A DNA stretch of 64,000 nucleotides from Gammaproteobacteria bacterium (GTDB taxonomy: Bacteria; Pseudomonadota; Gammaproteobacteria; CAJXQU01). A program made the position numbers and the translations under genes. Of the stretch, positions 54,201 through 64,000 are shown in pieces. The notes beneath the pieces were generated by a model. That model did no database searches. It saw only the letters and a program-made list of their open reading frames with translations, and was not told where the DNA came from. Positions within the stretch are counted from its first letter, which is position 1, and every line of letters begins with the position of its first letter. Where the stretch lies: contig CBDEGZ010000003.1 in the NCBI GenBank assembly GCA_965238175.1, positions 2,848,001-2,912,000 of the forward strand, written 5' to 3'.

Positions 54201-55187
54201 TTAGAAAGAAGTTTTGAGGTGATTAAGAGAATCAACCATTGAATATGATAGAGATACGCGATCACTAATTTGGTTTGGAATAGACTTCAACTTTTCGATC
54301 TTTTCTAATCTTTTCAATAAGCCACATTGATTAGCAATCTGGATACTCAGTCCAGGACGGGCATTCATTTCGAGCATCAAAGGGCCATGAGTTCGATCAA
54401 GAACAATATCGACGCCAAGATAGCCAAGTTCTGCCAAGTCGTAACATTGTGCCGTTAGATGGAGAATTTTATCCCATTCAGGAATTTTTAAGCCGATAAT
54501 AGAAACACCTGTATCTGGATGTCGATCAATAATCTGTTCATGCCAAACGCCTGAAGACGTTACACCTGTTTTCAGATCAATTCCCACACCAATTGCGCCT
54601 TGATGCAAATTTGCTTTTCCATCAGACATGCGTGTGGGCAATCGGATCATTGCCATCACTGGCACTCCACGAAAGACGATCGTTCGAATATCAGGAACCC
54701 CCTGGTAACTAACATCGGAAAAAATGGGATCAAATTCTACTCGCTGCTCAATTAAAGCAGTGTCTGACAAACCACCCAAACTATACATACCACTGAGAAT
54801 ATTCGAGATATGATATGCAAGCTCCTGCGTTGAGATCAGCTGTCCATTACTTTTCCTGAATCCATGCGAAGTGCGAGCTGTGATCACAAGAATTCCTTCT
54901 CCACCACTACCATGTGAAGATTTTACGACAAAATCCTGATATTGCTCCAACTGCTCAGAAATTGTTCTGATCTGTTTTTCTATCTCAACAACTGCGTAAA
55001 GTTTCGGAACGGTAACACCCGCAGCTTCCGCCAGGCGCTTAGTCTTCACCTTGTCATCAACAAGAGGATAACGAGAACGTTGGTTATATACGGCAATAAA
55101 ATCACCATTACGTTTATTCATTCCCAAGATACCCTGGGCTTTTAAACGTCGCCAGGGAAGAAAATGATCTAAGTTAAGTGCCGTCAT
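54201..55187 (-). CDS. Alpha-L-glutamate ligase-like ATP-grasp protein
   Basis: GILGMNKRN, VDDKVKTK, GSGGEGI, ANLHQG, LEMNARPGLSIQ. Confidence 0.88.
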   Translation of the reverse strand: MTALNLDHFLPWRRLKAQGILGMNKRNGDFIAVYNQRSRYPLVDDKVKTKRLAEAAGVTVPKLYAVVEIEKQIRTISEQLEQYQDFVVKSSHGSGGEGILVITARTSHGFRKSNGQLISTQELAYHISNILSGMYSLGGLSDTALIEQRVEFDPIFSDVSYQGVPDIRTIVFRGVPVMAMIRLPTRMSDGKANLHQGAIGVGIDLKTGVTSSGVWHEQIIDRHPDTGVSIIGLKIPEWDKILHLTAQCYDLAELGYLGVDIVLDRTHGPLMLEMNARPGLSIQIANQCGLLKRLEKIEKLKSIPNQISDRVSLSYSMVDSLNHLKTSF

Positions 55188-56731
55188 TAAATCGTCGCCC
55201 TAAATCGCCAAAGTTCAGTCAAGCGATAGCCTGTATATCGGCCTAATAACAAAGTCGCAGCAAGTATGATCAAAAGTATTTCAGGGAATACAAATATCTG
55301 ATGATTCAGTGTCTCATTACTCATCACTAAAAAACCAAGCGAAGCAACGACCATACTTCCGATCCCTTGTTGTAGCGCTTCCCCTGGCCCATGCTCTTCC
55401 CAAACCAGCGACATACGCTCTATGGTCATGGCTAAAATAACCATTGGAAATAAAGCCACTGACAAACCATGTTCGAAACCCAATTTATAGCTAATAACTG
55501 TCACAATCGTCATTAATATGATCACAATAATCAAAACTGCGGCAAGTCTCGGTACCAGTAAAAGTTTTAAATATTCCATATAAAATCTGATTGCTAGCCC
55601 AAGCGCGACAATGAGAGTAAAAAGTGCAATTCCCCAAATTAGATCTGTTTCTCGAAAAGCAAGCGCGATCAAAATCGGCATAAAAGTACCAAAGGTTTTT
55701 ATACCAATGATGTTGCGTAGAAATACGATCAAAAAAGCACCTAACGGCACCATTAACAAAATGCGGTAGACATTCTGCGTTTCAATTGGAAGACTGAAAA
55801 GTGAAAACTCCACTGCCCGCGAACCCAATTTTCGAGCTCTTTGCTCGGCAAGCCTTAAAGGCTCTTGTGTATGACGACTAATCGAAAATTCCAGATCAGA
55901 TTTTTTACCACCATCGACATTAAATATTGGCGTGTCACCGATTTGCCAGATAACGGCATTTTTGGGGATTTCGGTTTCACTGTTTTGTGGATTAAATGAA
56001 AGCCACTGTTTTTCATTGTGCACTTGCAACCAAGGCATTAGTTTTCCATGCCTGAGCCCTTCCTTTAGAACGAGTATGTAGACTGTTCTTGAGGGAATTC
56101 TTGCACCAGCAAGTACTTCACGTATCAAACCAACACGTTCCTTTTTTGTGTTAACTTCGCTTAAAAGCAGTTGTACATTTTCGTCCGGCGTCTCAGAATT
56201 AAATCTGCTCAATAACTCACGTGTAAAGGTTTTAATATCGGCAGATTTTTGACGTACTTCTTCTAACAGTGCATTAACTGCCGTAGCTTTCCCTTCTGAA
56301 TATTCTGGGACTTTAGGATATGAAACTTCTTCTTTATTACTTTTTTGATCTTCTTTTTTTTGTCCGGCTAACTCTTCATTGGTGTCACGCGCGAGTTGCA
56401 ATTGATAATAAAGAACTTGTTCATTTGATGCCCGTCTAACCGCCCACTCAGCAATGCGGTTTTCTTTATCATCCTCTACTGCAAGACCATATTTTCCCGA
56501 GACATAATTTTCATCAACAATAACATAACCTGAGGGTAATCTTGGCAAGGTGAGTTGCGCCTTAATCGGGCCTTCTTTCGCTTCAAAAGCCAACCTCGCT
56601 TCTACGCTCCAAACTTCAATTTCTTCACTTGGAAACAAAGGTAAACCAAGTTTTGTTACTTTAAAATAAATTAAAGATACAGCGATCAAAAACAACGCCA
56701 GTGCGAGTAACCTTACGTGCAGATTCCTCAA
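55187..56731 (-). CDS. Inactive transglutaminase fused to 7 TM helices
   Basis: FSLFSLP...GIKTFGTFMPILIALAF...LFPMVILAMTIER...GYRLTELWRF. Confidence 0.85.
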   Translation of the reverse strand: MRNLHVRLLALALFLIAVSLIYFKVTKLGLPLFPSEEIEVWSVEARLAFEAKEGPIKAQLTLPRLPSGYVIVDENYVSGKYGLAVEDDKENRIAEWAVRRASNEQVLYYQLQLARDTNEELAGQKKEDQKSNKEEVSYPKVPEYSEGKATAVNALLEEVRQKSADIKTFTRELLSRFNSETPDENVQLLLSEVNTKKERVGLIREVLAGARIPSRTVYILVLKEGLRHGKLMPWLQVHNEKQWLSFNPQNSETEIPKNAVIWQIGDTPIFNVDGGKKSDLEFSISRHTQEPLRLAEQRARKLGSRAVEFSLFSLPIETQNVYRILLMVPLGAFLIVFLRNIIGIKTFGTFMPILIALAFRETDLIWGIALFTLIVALGLAIRFYMEYLKLLLVPRLAAVLIIVIILMTIVTVISYKLGFEHGLSVALFPMVILAMTIERMSLVWEEHGPGEALQQGIGSMVVASLGFLVMSNETLNHQIFVFPEILLIILAATLLLGRYTGYRLTELWRFRATI

Positions 56732-57327
56732 GGTTCATTCTCCAACGTTCCTTTTTCACCTGGTAACTCTTTCACACTATTTTTCTCATGATTCTGCAAA
56801 AGTTTTCTGCATTTTTTTGGAGTGATTTTAGTCGTGAAAGTAGATGATGGATCAACAATAATCCCTTGCTGCATCATCCGACGACCAAGTAAAACATGAT
56901 AGTTAAAACGACTACGATCTATCAAACTAAATTCGCTAGTATAGACATGCCCATCGAGACAGAATGTCATTTCTACAACCGGACGAATTTGTGCTGCTTC
57001 TTTATGTCTTTTTATTTTAACTTCGCGAACAAGAGGAACCTCTATGAGTTTTAGACTACTTTGATCTTCGGGATCTGTTGTACTAAAACGCACCCACTCC
57101 TTATCGTCACGTTTAAAGCGCTTAATATCAACGGCATGTAATGATGATGTTTTTGCACCTGTATCAAGCTTAGCCCGAAATTTAATATCCCACGGCGCAA
57201 AGATAACACTTTCAAGCCAGCCGATTGTAATCGGTTCTTTATCCGTTTTAGCAAATAAACTGATCGGAACTATGCTCAAAAACAAGAATAGAATAATGAA
57301 GTTACAACGTATATGATTTAAATACAT
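56728..57327 (-). CDS. Retropepsin-like putative protease (RimB/Zn_protease family), exported
   Basis: Signal peptide; IGWLE, AKLDTGAKTSSL, RPVV, LLGR. Confidence 0.85.
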   Translation of the reverse strand: MYLNHIRCNFIILFLFLSIVPISLFAKTDKEPITIGWLESVIFAPWDIKFRAKLDTGAKTSSLHAVDIKRFKRDDKEWVRFSTTDPEDQSSLKLIEVPLVREVKIKRHKEAAQIRPVVEMTFCLDGHVYTSEFSLIDRSRFNYHVLLGRRMMQQGIIVDPSSTFTTKITPKKCRKLLQNHEKNSVKELPGEKGTLENEP

Positions 57328-57489
57328 GTTTTTATAAGTTAGAAATTTTTTTTAATTAGTTGCTAACCACTTAGAAACAATCTTCAATTACTTAGTTCCA
57401 CTAGAATATACTTTCTTAAATAAACTGACGACGAGTTCACAAAGACGGCAATTTTTAAGGGAATCTAATACTACAGGAAGGTAATAGTT

Positions 57490-58254
57490 TTAAGGATTTT
57501 TAGCGCCGAGAATAATGTCACATTGTTGCATTTGTTGCAGAATTTCTAAACCACCTTGTATGACTATTTCCGGTTGCGGATGCTGAAGTTCTTCAACAAT
57601 GGCCTGCAAGTGTTGTTGACCCGTTTGGTCAAAAATATCACACATTCTTTCGAGCAGCCTCGCCGTCACTGGATTTAACTCCATGAAACCAATTTCGTCG
57701 TGTCGATCACGATAAACAACGAGATAGGTTTGTTGATCAGGTTTTTCCGTGGGTAAATAACTTTTTCCAATCTTTTGTACTGGATAATCGTAGGCTAGCC
57801 GCAAAATCAAATTATTGACTAATGGAATACCTGTGAGAATCTCAGCATTTTGATCAACCTCAGAATCGTCAATTTCTCGTGTATCTATGCCAAGTGCAGA
57901 CTCGACCCATTCATAATGAGCAAGCTCGATCAAATATGGCCATTTCTCATTTTGATCAAATTCATTTTCTAAAAAACTCAAAAATTCTGTCGGTAACTTG
58001 GGGAAAAGCGGTGTGCTTGCATTATGATTGACAAAATAATTTCTAACCAGCTCATGCCATTCATCATCCATCATGATTTCACGAATAACTGGGAAATTAC
58101 TCGACATAAATCCTTCGATATTGTTGTAAAGCAAATCACGATAGATCGCCATACGCCGATCTTCGATATTGTCTGGAGCAGGATTGTTTTCTGGATCCCG
58201 ACAGTGTCGAGTGAACTCATATTGTTTTTGAATAAACTCAGGCGTGGCGGACAT
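57490..58254 (-). CDS. DUF2063 MNIO partner protein (HvfC-like)
   Basis: RRMAIYRDL, FPV, ELAHYEWVE, YDYPV. Confidence 0.88.
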   Translation of the reverse strand: MSATPEFIQKQYEFTRHCRDPENNPAPDNIEDRRMAIYRDLLYNNIEGFMSSNFPVIREIMMDDEWHELVRNYFVNHNASTPLFPKLPTEFLSFLENEFDQNEKWPYLIELAHYEWVESALGIDTREIDDSEVDQNAEILTGIPLVNNLILRLAYDYPVQKIGKSYLPTEKPDQQTYLVVYRDRHDEIGFMELNPVTARLLERMCDIFDQTGQQHLQAIVEELQHPQPEIVIQGGLEILQQMQQCDIILGAKNP

Positions 58255-59098
58255 TTTTTTGTGGATCTACATTTAAATACCGTTGTTGAATTGCTAAAAT
58301 TTGATCAACTTCGTTTAGTAATTCATTCATCGGTGGGATATTAAAATCACGTTCTAAAAGTGTCGGAAAAACACCAAAATGATCATAAGCCACATCGAGT
58401 AATTTCCAAACTGGGTCAATAACGTCAGCACCATGTGTGTCGATGATCAAATCTTCATATTCATTATAGTGACCAGCAATATGCGCGTACGCAATCCGTT
58501 CACCCGGCAGTGATTTTAAAAATTCTTCTGCGTCATAACGATGGTTGACACTGTTTACATAAATATTGTTGATATCAATCAAAAACTGACAATCGGCTTC
58601 TTTCAAAACAGCACGAATAAATTCTATTTCAGTAAGCTCACTTGAAGGGGCTGCATAATAAGACGCGTTTTCAATGACAAATGGACGTTCGATAATTTCT
58701 TCTACTCGATGGATCCGCTTAACGACATGTTCAACGGCGTCTTCAGTAAAAGGGATTGGCATCAGATCATAAAGATGACCATCATCCGCACAATAAGTCA
58801 GGTGATCGCTATATACACGGACATTAAATCGATCAAGAAATTCTTTAATTTGCTGAAGAAAGGCTTCATCTAATGGCGCTGGACCACCGATGTTGAGTGA
58901 TAGTCCATGGCAAGTAACAGGAAGTTGATCCGCAATTGACGCAAACTTTCTACCCACAGCCCCACCAAAATCAATCCAATTTTCTGGCGCAACTTCAACA
59001 AAACCAATCTGCTCTGGAATTTGATCCTTCAGCGAGTCCAGATGAACTCGCCGAAGGCCTAATCCGGCACCTTGAACTTTATATGAATTAATCTTCAT
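58238..59098 (-). CDS. DUF692 multinuclear non-heme iron oxidative enzyme (HvfB-like)
   Basis: GLGLR, EVAPENW, HGLSL, YSDHL, IEN, DINNIYV, HIAGH, DTHG, LLERD. Confidence 0.93.
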   Translation of the reverse strand: MKINSYKVQGAGLGLRRVHLDSLKDQIPEQIGFVEVAPENWIDFGGAVGRKFASIADQLPVTCHGLSLNIGGPAPLDEAFLQQIKEFLDRFNVRVYSDHLTYCADDGHLYDLMPIPFTEDAVEHVVKRIHRVEEIIERPFVIENASYYAAPSSELTEIEFIRAVLKEADCQFLIDINNIYVNSVNHRYDAEEFLKSLPGERIAYAHIAGHYNEYEDLIIDTHGADVIDPVWKLLDVAYDHFGVFPTLLERDFNIPPMNELLNEVDQILAIQQRYLNVDPQKNVRHA

Positions 59099-59130
59099 TT
59101 AAAAAATGCCTTTTTGACTTCTGAACAAGT

Positions 59131-59553
59131 TTATTTCAGATGGCCAACACTGCACTTAGCTGCAGAGAAACTCCCGCAAACCGCCGGATCTTTCTTACCA
59201 GTAGCTATTTTACCACCGGCATATTTAGCCATGTTATCGCCGCCGTATTGGAAGTTTCCTAATTCGACAACATTACCTTGCATGTCTACACCCTTACCAC
59301 CACATTTTCCTTCGCCACATTTGCTTGCAGCTTTCTTCTCCCCGCATTTACCTTCGCCACATTTGCCTTCAGCTTTCTTCTCTCCGCATTTGCCTTCACC
59401 GCATTTGCCTTCAGCAACTTGGTAACCTGTAGAAAGATCATTTAATGAGAAAGGATTTGTTTCAGCATTTGTTACAGGTGAAAAAGCCAGTGATACCGCA
59501 AAGGCAGTTCCAAACATTCCTACAACAGGTTTAACAGAATTCTTTTTAGACAT
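59131..59553 (-). CDS. EGKCG-repeat RiPP precursor 2 (HvfA-like) with a C-terminal extension
   Basis: Signal peptide, NPF...GY, five EGKCG plus ASKCG, ~50-aa tail with two more Cys. Confidence 0.85.
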   Translation of the reverse strand: MSKKNSVKPVVGMFGTAFAVSLAFSPVTNAETNPFSLNDLSTGYQVAEGKCGEGKCGEKKAEGKCGEGKCGEKKAASKCGEGKCGGKGVDMQGNVVELGNFQYGGDNMAKYAGGKIATGKKDPAVCGSFSAAKCSVGHLK

Positions 59554-59902
59554 TTTTATATTCTCCGCAATAAAATAACTATATTAAGTATGTGGTGTGC
59601 CTTCAGTATTAAAGTAACTATCAGAACACAGCCCTTTTTTAGGATAACCGTCCCCAGGCTAGAAATCCAGAACTGAATAAGCTATACCTTAACGTCCGAC
59701 TTGTTACTGACTATAGAGTTCCATACTATTATGAACGAGCGTAATTATGCCAAATCGTTTCAAGGCTTTTCGACGAGAATACGAGGGGAAATTACGGCGT
59801 TAACTATCTTTCAGTGGTTCAATAAACAGAACAGGAATAGCATAAATCATCTGAAAATCATGATTACCTAAATGCACAACGGGTGTTATTTTTCTTTAGG
59901 TA

Positions 59903-59940
59903 TAAAAAACGGACATGCTTTTTCAAACATATCCGTTCTT
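59903..59940 (-). terminator. Probable intrinsic terminator after precursor 1
   Basis: ACGGATATG...CATGTCCGT hairpin followed by a T-run on the minus strand. Confidence 0.55.
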
Positions 59941-59978
59941 GTTTTTACGGAATAGCTAAGTAATGAAAATCAGGACGA

Positions 59979-60485
59979 TTACTTACTATCTCCACATTTA
60001 CCTTCACCACATTTGCCTTCAGCTTTTTTTGCTTTTTTAGCTTCGCCGCACTTACCTTCACCACATTTGCCTTCAGCTTTTTTTGCTTTTTTAGCTTCGC
60101 CGCACTTACCTTCACCACATTTGCCTTCAGCTTTTTTTGCTTTTTTAGCTTCGCCGCACTTACCTTCACCACATTTGCCTTCAGCTTTTTTTGCTTTTTT
60201 AGCTTCGCCGCACTTACCTTCACCACATTTGCCTTCAGCTTTTTTTGCTTTTTTAGCTTCGCCGCACTTACCTTCACCACATTTGCCTTCAGCTTTTTTT
60301 GCTTTTTTAGCTTCGCCGCACTTACCTTCACCACATTTGCCTTCAGCAACCATATATCCATTGGAGAGTTCGGACATTCCAAACGGATTTTCAGCAGCAT
60401 TTGCAAGCGGAGAAGCTGCCAATGTAACAACGAAAGCTGTACCCATGATTGCAGAAACAGGTTTAAGTGCATTTTTCTTTAACAT
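59979..60485 (-). CDS. EGKCG-repeat RiPP precursor 1 (HvfA-like), 14 EGKCG motifs
   Basis: Signal peptide, NPF...GY, six 54-bp units EGKCGEGKCGEAKKAKKA plus a terminal pair. Confidence 0.92.
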   Translation of the reverse strand: MLKKNALKPVSAIMGTAFVVTLAASPLANAAENPFGMSELSNGYMVAEGKCGEGKCGEAKKAKKAEGKCGEGKCGEAKKAKKAEGKCGEGKCGEAKKAKKAEGKCGEGKCGEAKKAKKAEGKCGEGKCGEAKKAKKAEGKCGEGKCGEAKKAKKAEGKCGEGKCGDSK

Positions 60486-60551
60486 TATAAATTCCTCATT
60501 AAGATATTAATTGGTTACTAGTCTGATTAGATATTTCCTAGTTGCAACCTT

Positions 60552-60578
60552 ATTGACTTGGAGATACTTAAAAAGTTC
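60552..60578 (-). promoter_or_regulatory. Sigma-E/ECF-type promoter candidate
   Basis: GAACTT-N16-TCAAT upstream of precursor 1. Confidence 0.45.
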
Positions 60579-60700
60579 TCAGCAGCTGTCAAAAGACATT
60601 TAATCTATGGCATAACCTTTGCATTATTAACCTAACAATTGATCAGATGTAAGAACTGATTTTTACAAAATGTACAATTAAAAGATACGGAAATAACAAA

Positions 60701-61225
60701 ATGCTGAATATTCATCCCTACCAGGAATCTCAAAAACTAATTCGTTGCAAAGTGTCTTCTGAAAAAAATTCATCGAGCATTCGTTACATAGAGTTAGAAA
60801 ATTACAAAATGTGGGAATATATGGTATCAACTAAGCATGGACTTATCATTGAGACAGATCTATCACTATGTTTATGGGTGCATGAGGAAGAGTATCTTCG
60901 AAATGAGGATGTTTATAGTCGTGCTGGAAATGTGTCAGCCGTCAATAGGTTGATGATAATGATCAACGATGAAAACCATGGTTATTATTATTCAGCCAGT
61001 CGTTTCGTTGCTTCAAAAGAAACAGAGATGGTAAAAAATATCTTGTTATCACACAAAACTAATAAAAATGGTGATGAAATGACCGATATCGAAGTCATTC
61101 CTGGCTATACTGTTGAGCAAAAAGAGCATATGGAAGAAACAATAACATCAGGTTTATCGACTGCCCCTCTACAAACAGCCAGAGCTGAAGCTAAAATTGA
61201 GATATTAGAAGAAATACTAGATTAA
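60701..61225 (+). CDS. Hypothetical protein
   Basis: 174-aa ORF filling the interval; no recognised motif. Confidence 0.65.
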   Translation: MLNIHPYQESQKLIRCKVSSEKNSSSIRYIELENYKMWEYMVSTKHGLIIETDLSLCLWVHEEEYLRNEDVYSRAGNVSAVNRLMIMINDENHGYYYSASRFVASKETEMVKNILLSHKTNKNGDEMTDIEVIPGYTVEQKEHMEETITSGLSTAPLQTARAEAKIEILEEILD

Positions 61226-61250
61226 TTAAACAGAACTAACGGGAACTTTC

Positions 61251-62780
61251 CTACTCTTGTTCTACTTTGGGCCGCATATGAGGGAAAAGTAATACATCCC
61301 GGATCGAAGGTGAATCAGTTAAGAACATAACCAATCGATCAATCCCGATCCCTTCCCCAGCTGTTGGTGGTAAACCATGTTCTAGTGCACGAATGTAGTC
61401 TGCATCAAAATGCATTGCTTCATCATCACCAGCTTCCATTTCTTCCACTTGCTTTTTGAACCGTTCGGCTTGATCTTCCGCGTCATTTAATTCGGAAAAA
61501 CCATTTGCAATCTCACGGCCACCAATAAAAAATTCAAATCGATCAGTGACAAAAGGATCGTCATCATTCCGACGTGCTAGTGGTGAAACTTCTGTAGGAT
61601 AAGCAGTAATAAAGGTAGGCTGATCAAGATTAGCCTCAACTGTTTTCTCGAATATTTCGATCTGTACTTTTCCTAACCCATAACTATCTTTAATCGGAAT
61701 ACCCAGGTTTTCAGCGATCCGTCTCGCCAATTCCAGCTCCTCAAGTTGTTCCATATTGAGATCAGAGTTGAAAGCCAAGATTGATTCTTTAACAGTCATA
61801 CGTTGGAAAGGCTGAGCCAAATCATACTCTTTTCCTTCGGTGTTCACTGTTGTTGATCCCAATACATCTTTCGCCAGGCAGCGCAGCATATCCTCTGTCA
61901 GATCCATCAAATCGCGGTAATCAGAATATGCTTGATACCACTCTAGCATAGTGAATTCTGGATTATGTCGGGTTGATAAACCCTCATTTCTGAAATTACG
62001 ATTGATCTCGAAGACTTTTTCAAATCCACCAACCACTAAACGCTTTAAATACAACTCTGGTGCAATTCTCAAATAAAGCTGCATATCTAAAGCATTATGA
62101 TGCGTCGTAAAAGGCCGAGCCGTGGCACCACCAGGAATGACTTGCATCATCGGCGTCTCCACTTCCATAAAGTCTTTTGCCATCAAGTAGCGACGAATGT
62201 AATCAATAATTGCAGATCGTTTTTTAAATGTTTCGCGCGCTTCCTCGTTCATAATCAAATCAAGATAACGTTGGCGATAACGCGTTTCTTGATCCGTCAG
62301 ACCATGAAATTTTTCCGGTAAAGGATGTAATGCCTTGGTAAGAATATGAATATCATCGAGCATAACCGACAACTCGCCCTTATTGGTTTTGAACATCACG
62401 CCTTCAGCACCAAGAATGTCGCCAATATCCCAACGTTTGAATTCGGCATATCGACCTTCCGGCAAATCATCACGTTTGACGTACAATTGGATCTGACCCG
62501 ACATATCTTGAAGATGTGCAAAAGAGGCTTTTCCCATCACTCGTCGCGTCATCATACGTCCCGCAACTTTTACCCTGACTGGGTTCTCGGCAAGTTCATC
62601 TTTGGAAAGCTCTTCGTAACGCGCGATCAATTCTGCTGATAAGGAATCGCGACGAAAATCATTTCGGAACGGATTACCGTTTTCACGTAATTCGGCCAAC
62701 TTTGCTCGGCGCTGGGCGATCTGATCGCTATCATCAATTTCATTGTTCGCTTCGTTATTGTTTTCTTTATTGTCGCTCAT
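61251..62780 (-). CDS. lysS: Lysine--tRNA ligase
   Basis: [36 protein letters not shown]. Confidence 0.97.
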   Translation of the reverse strand: MSDNKENNNEANNEIDDSDQIAQRRAKLAELRENGNPFRNDFRRDSLSAELIARYEELSKDELAENPVRVKVAGRMMTRRVMGKASFAHLQDMSGQIQLYVKRDDLPEGRYAEFKRWDIGDILGAEGVMFKTNKGELSVMLDDIHILTKALHPLPEKFHGLTDQETRYRQRYLDLIMNEEARETFKKRSAIIDYIRRYLMAKDFMEVETPMMQVIPGGATARPFTTHHNALDMQLYLRIAPELYLKRLVVGGFEKVFEINRNFRNEGLSTRHNPEFTMLEWYQAYSDYRDLMDLTEDMLRCLAKDVLGSTTVNTEGKEYDLAQPFQRMTVKESILAFNSDLNMEQLEELELARRIAENLGIPIKDSYGLGKVQIEIFEKTVEANLDQPTFITAYPTEVSPLARRNDDDPFVTDRFEFFIGGREIANGFSELNDAEDQAERFKKQVEEMEAGDDEAMHFDADYIRALEHGLPPTAGEGIGIDRLVMFLTDSPSIRDVLLFPHMRPKVEQE

Positions 62781-62801
62781 AATCTGTTATGTCACCCGCT
62801 G

Positions 62802-63900
62802 CTAAAGTCCGCTCTTGAGGCTTGCTTCGATAAATTTATCCAGATCACCATCAAGTACGGCTTGAGTATTGCCCGTTTCTACACCGGTTCGCAGATCTTT
62901 AATTCTTGATTGATCAAGAACATAAGATCGTATTTGACTGCCCCAACCAATGTCCGATTTACCTTCTTCTAACACTTGCTGATCGGCATTACGCTTTTGG
63001 ATCTCCAATTCATATAACCGAGATTTGAGTTGCTTCATGGCATTCGCACGATTCTTATGTTGCGATCGATCATTTTGACATTGGACTACAATACCCGTTG
63101 GCTCATGAGTAAGTCTAATCGCAGAATCGGTTTTATTGACGTGCTGTCCACCGGCACCACTGGCACGATATGTATCTACTCGTAAATCGGCAGGGTTAAT
63201 CTCGATCTCAATTTCATCATCAATTTCGGGAGATACAAAAACCGACGCAAATGAAGTATGACGGCGGTTACCCGAATCAAAAGGTGATTTACGTACCAAT
63301 CGATGCACACCCGTTTCAGTCCTTAACCAACCAAACGCATATTCACCTTGGTAACGGATCGTTGCGCTTTTGATCCCCGCAACATCACCTGGTGAAACTT
63401 CCATCAGTTCTGTTTTAAAGCCATGACGTTCACCCCAACGCAGAAACATTCGCAACAACATTTCAGCCCAATCCTGCGCTTCAGTCCCACCTGATCCAGA
63501 CTGGATATCCAAAAAGGCACTGCACTCATCCGTCTCGCCAGAAAACATCCGACGAAACTCCAATTCTGCCAATCCTTTTTCTATTTGTTCAAGATCTTGA
63601 ACAACTTCGTTGACGGTATCTTCGTCATTCTCTTCTTTAGCAATTTCGAGAAATTCCGCTCCATCACTGAGGCCGTTATCCAGCGTCTTTACAGTCTCAA
63701 CAATTTTTTCTAAAGAAGCTCTTTCCTTACCTAACGCTTGTGCCTGAGCCGGGTCGTCCCAAACCGTCGGCTCTTCTAATTCACGCTCAACTTCTGTAAG
63801 TTTTTCACACTTAAGATCGTAGTCAAAGATACCCCCTGAGCGCATCAACACGCTCTTGCATCCCTTTGATGCGGGCAAATAGACTATTTAGTTCTATCAT
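62802..63900 (-). CDS. prfB: Peptide chain release factor 2 with programmed +1 frameshift
   Basis: ATG at 63900; AGGGGG-TAT-CTT-TGA-C with TGA at 63823-63825; SPF and GGQ motifs. Confidence 0.97.
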
Positions 63901-64000
63901 CACCGTTGTTCCGTGGCTGAAAAGCGTCGGATCCTACTATAAATGGATAAAGAAAACGATTTATAGATTTGCTGAGATAGCGCCTACATCATTTAGAATC

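Noticed and set aside
59945-60510. ORFs 59945-60472 (-) and 60013-60510 (+)
   Set aside because: Stop-free shadows of the 54-bp repeat; only the EGKCG frame has a signal peptide and family context
62802-63900. prfB as a pseudogene, a novel recoding event, or starting at 63878
   Set aside because: This is the canonical autoregulatory CTT-TGA-C frameshift with the true start at 63900

Overview
AT-rich gammaproteobacterial chromosome segment (inferred from argG, mpl, tusDCBE, lysS and prfB) undergoing IS expansion. 1-17.8 kb is a decaying accessory island, almost all on the minus strand. It holds orphan Rhs toxin tips, immunity-like genes, cassettes separated by attC-like palindromes, a SWIM-ligase-WGR gene and kptA. 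18-19.3 kb is an intact IS110-family (IS1111-type) element. Its 3' non-coding region contains readable bridge/seek-RNA guide segments matching the end of a palindromic MITE seen three times in the window. 22.4-29.6 kb is a type II-C CRISPR-Cas9 locus inactivated three ways: IS481 in cas9, a cas2 frameshift, and IS481 in the first repeat. It is followed by a small lambdoid cro/cI switch with six TCAA-N6-TTGA-type boxes between 26-bp direct repeats. 31.6-43 kb is housekeeping genes and 44-49 kb is a hybrid kinase plus a REC-GGDEF gene. 50-60.5 kb is a co-oriented block with two EGKCG-repeat RiPP precursors, DUF692, DUF2063, an ATP-grasp/transglutaminase/protease triad and DoxX. The window ends with lysS and a frameshifting prfB. 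Five 1226-bp IS481 copies are present. All family assignments come from motif recognition by eye, not database searches.
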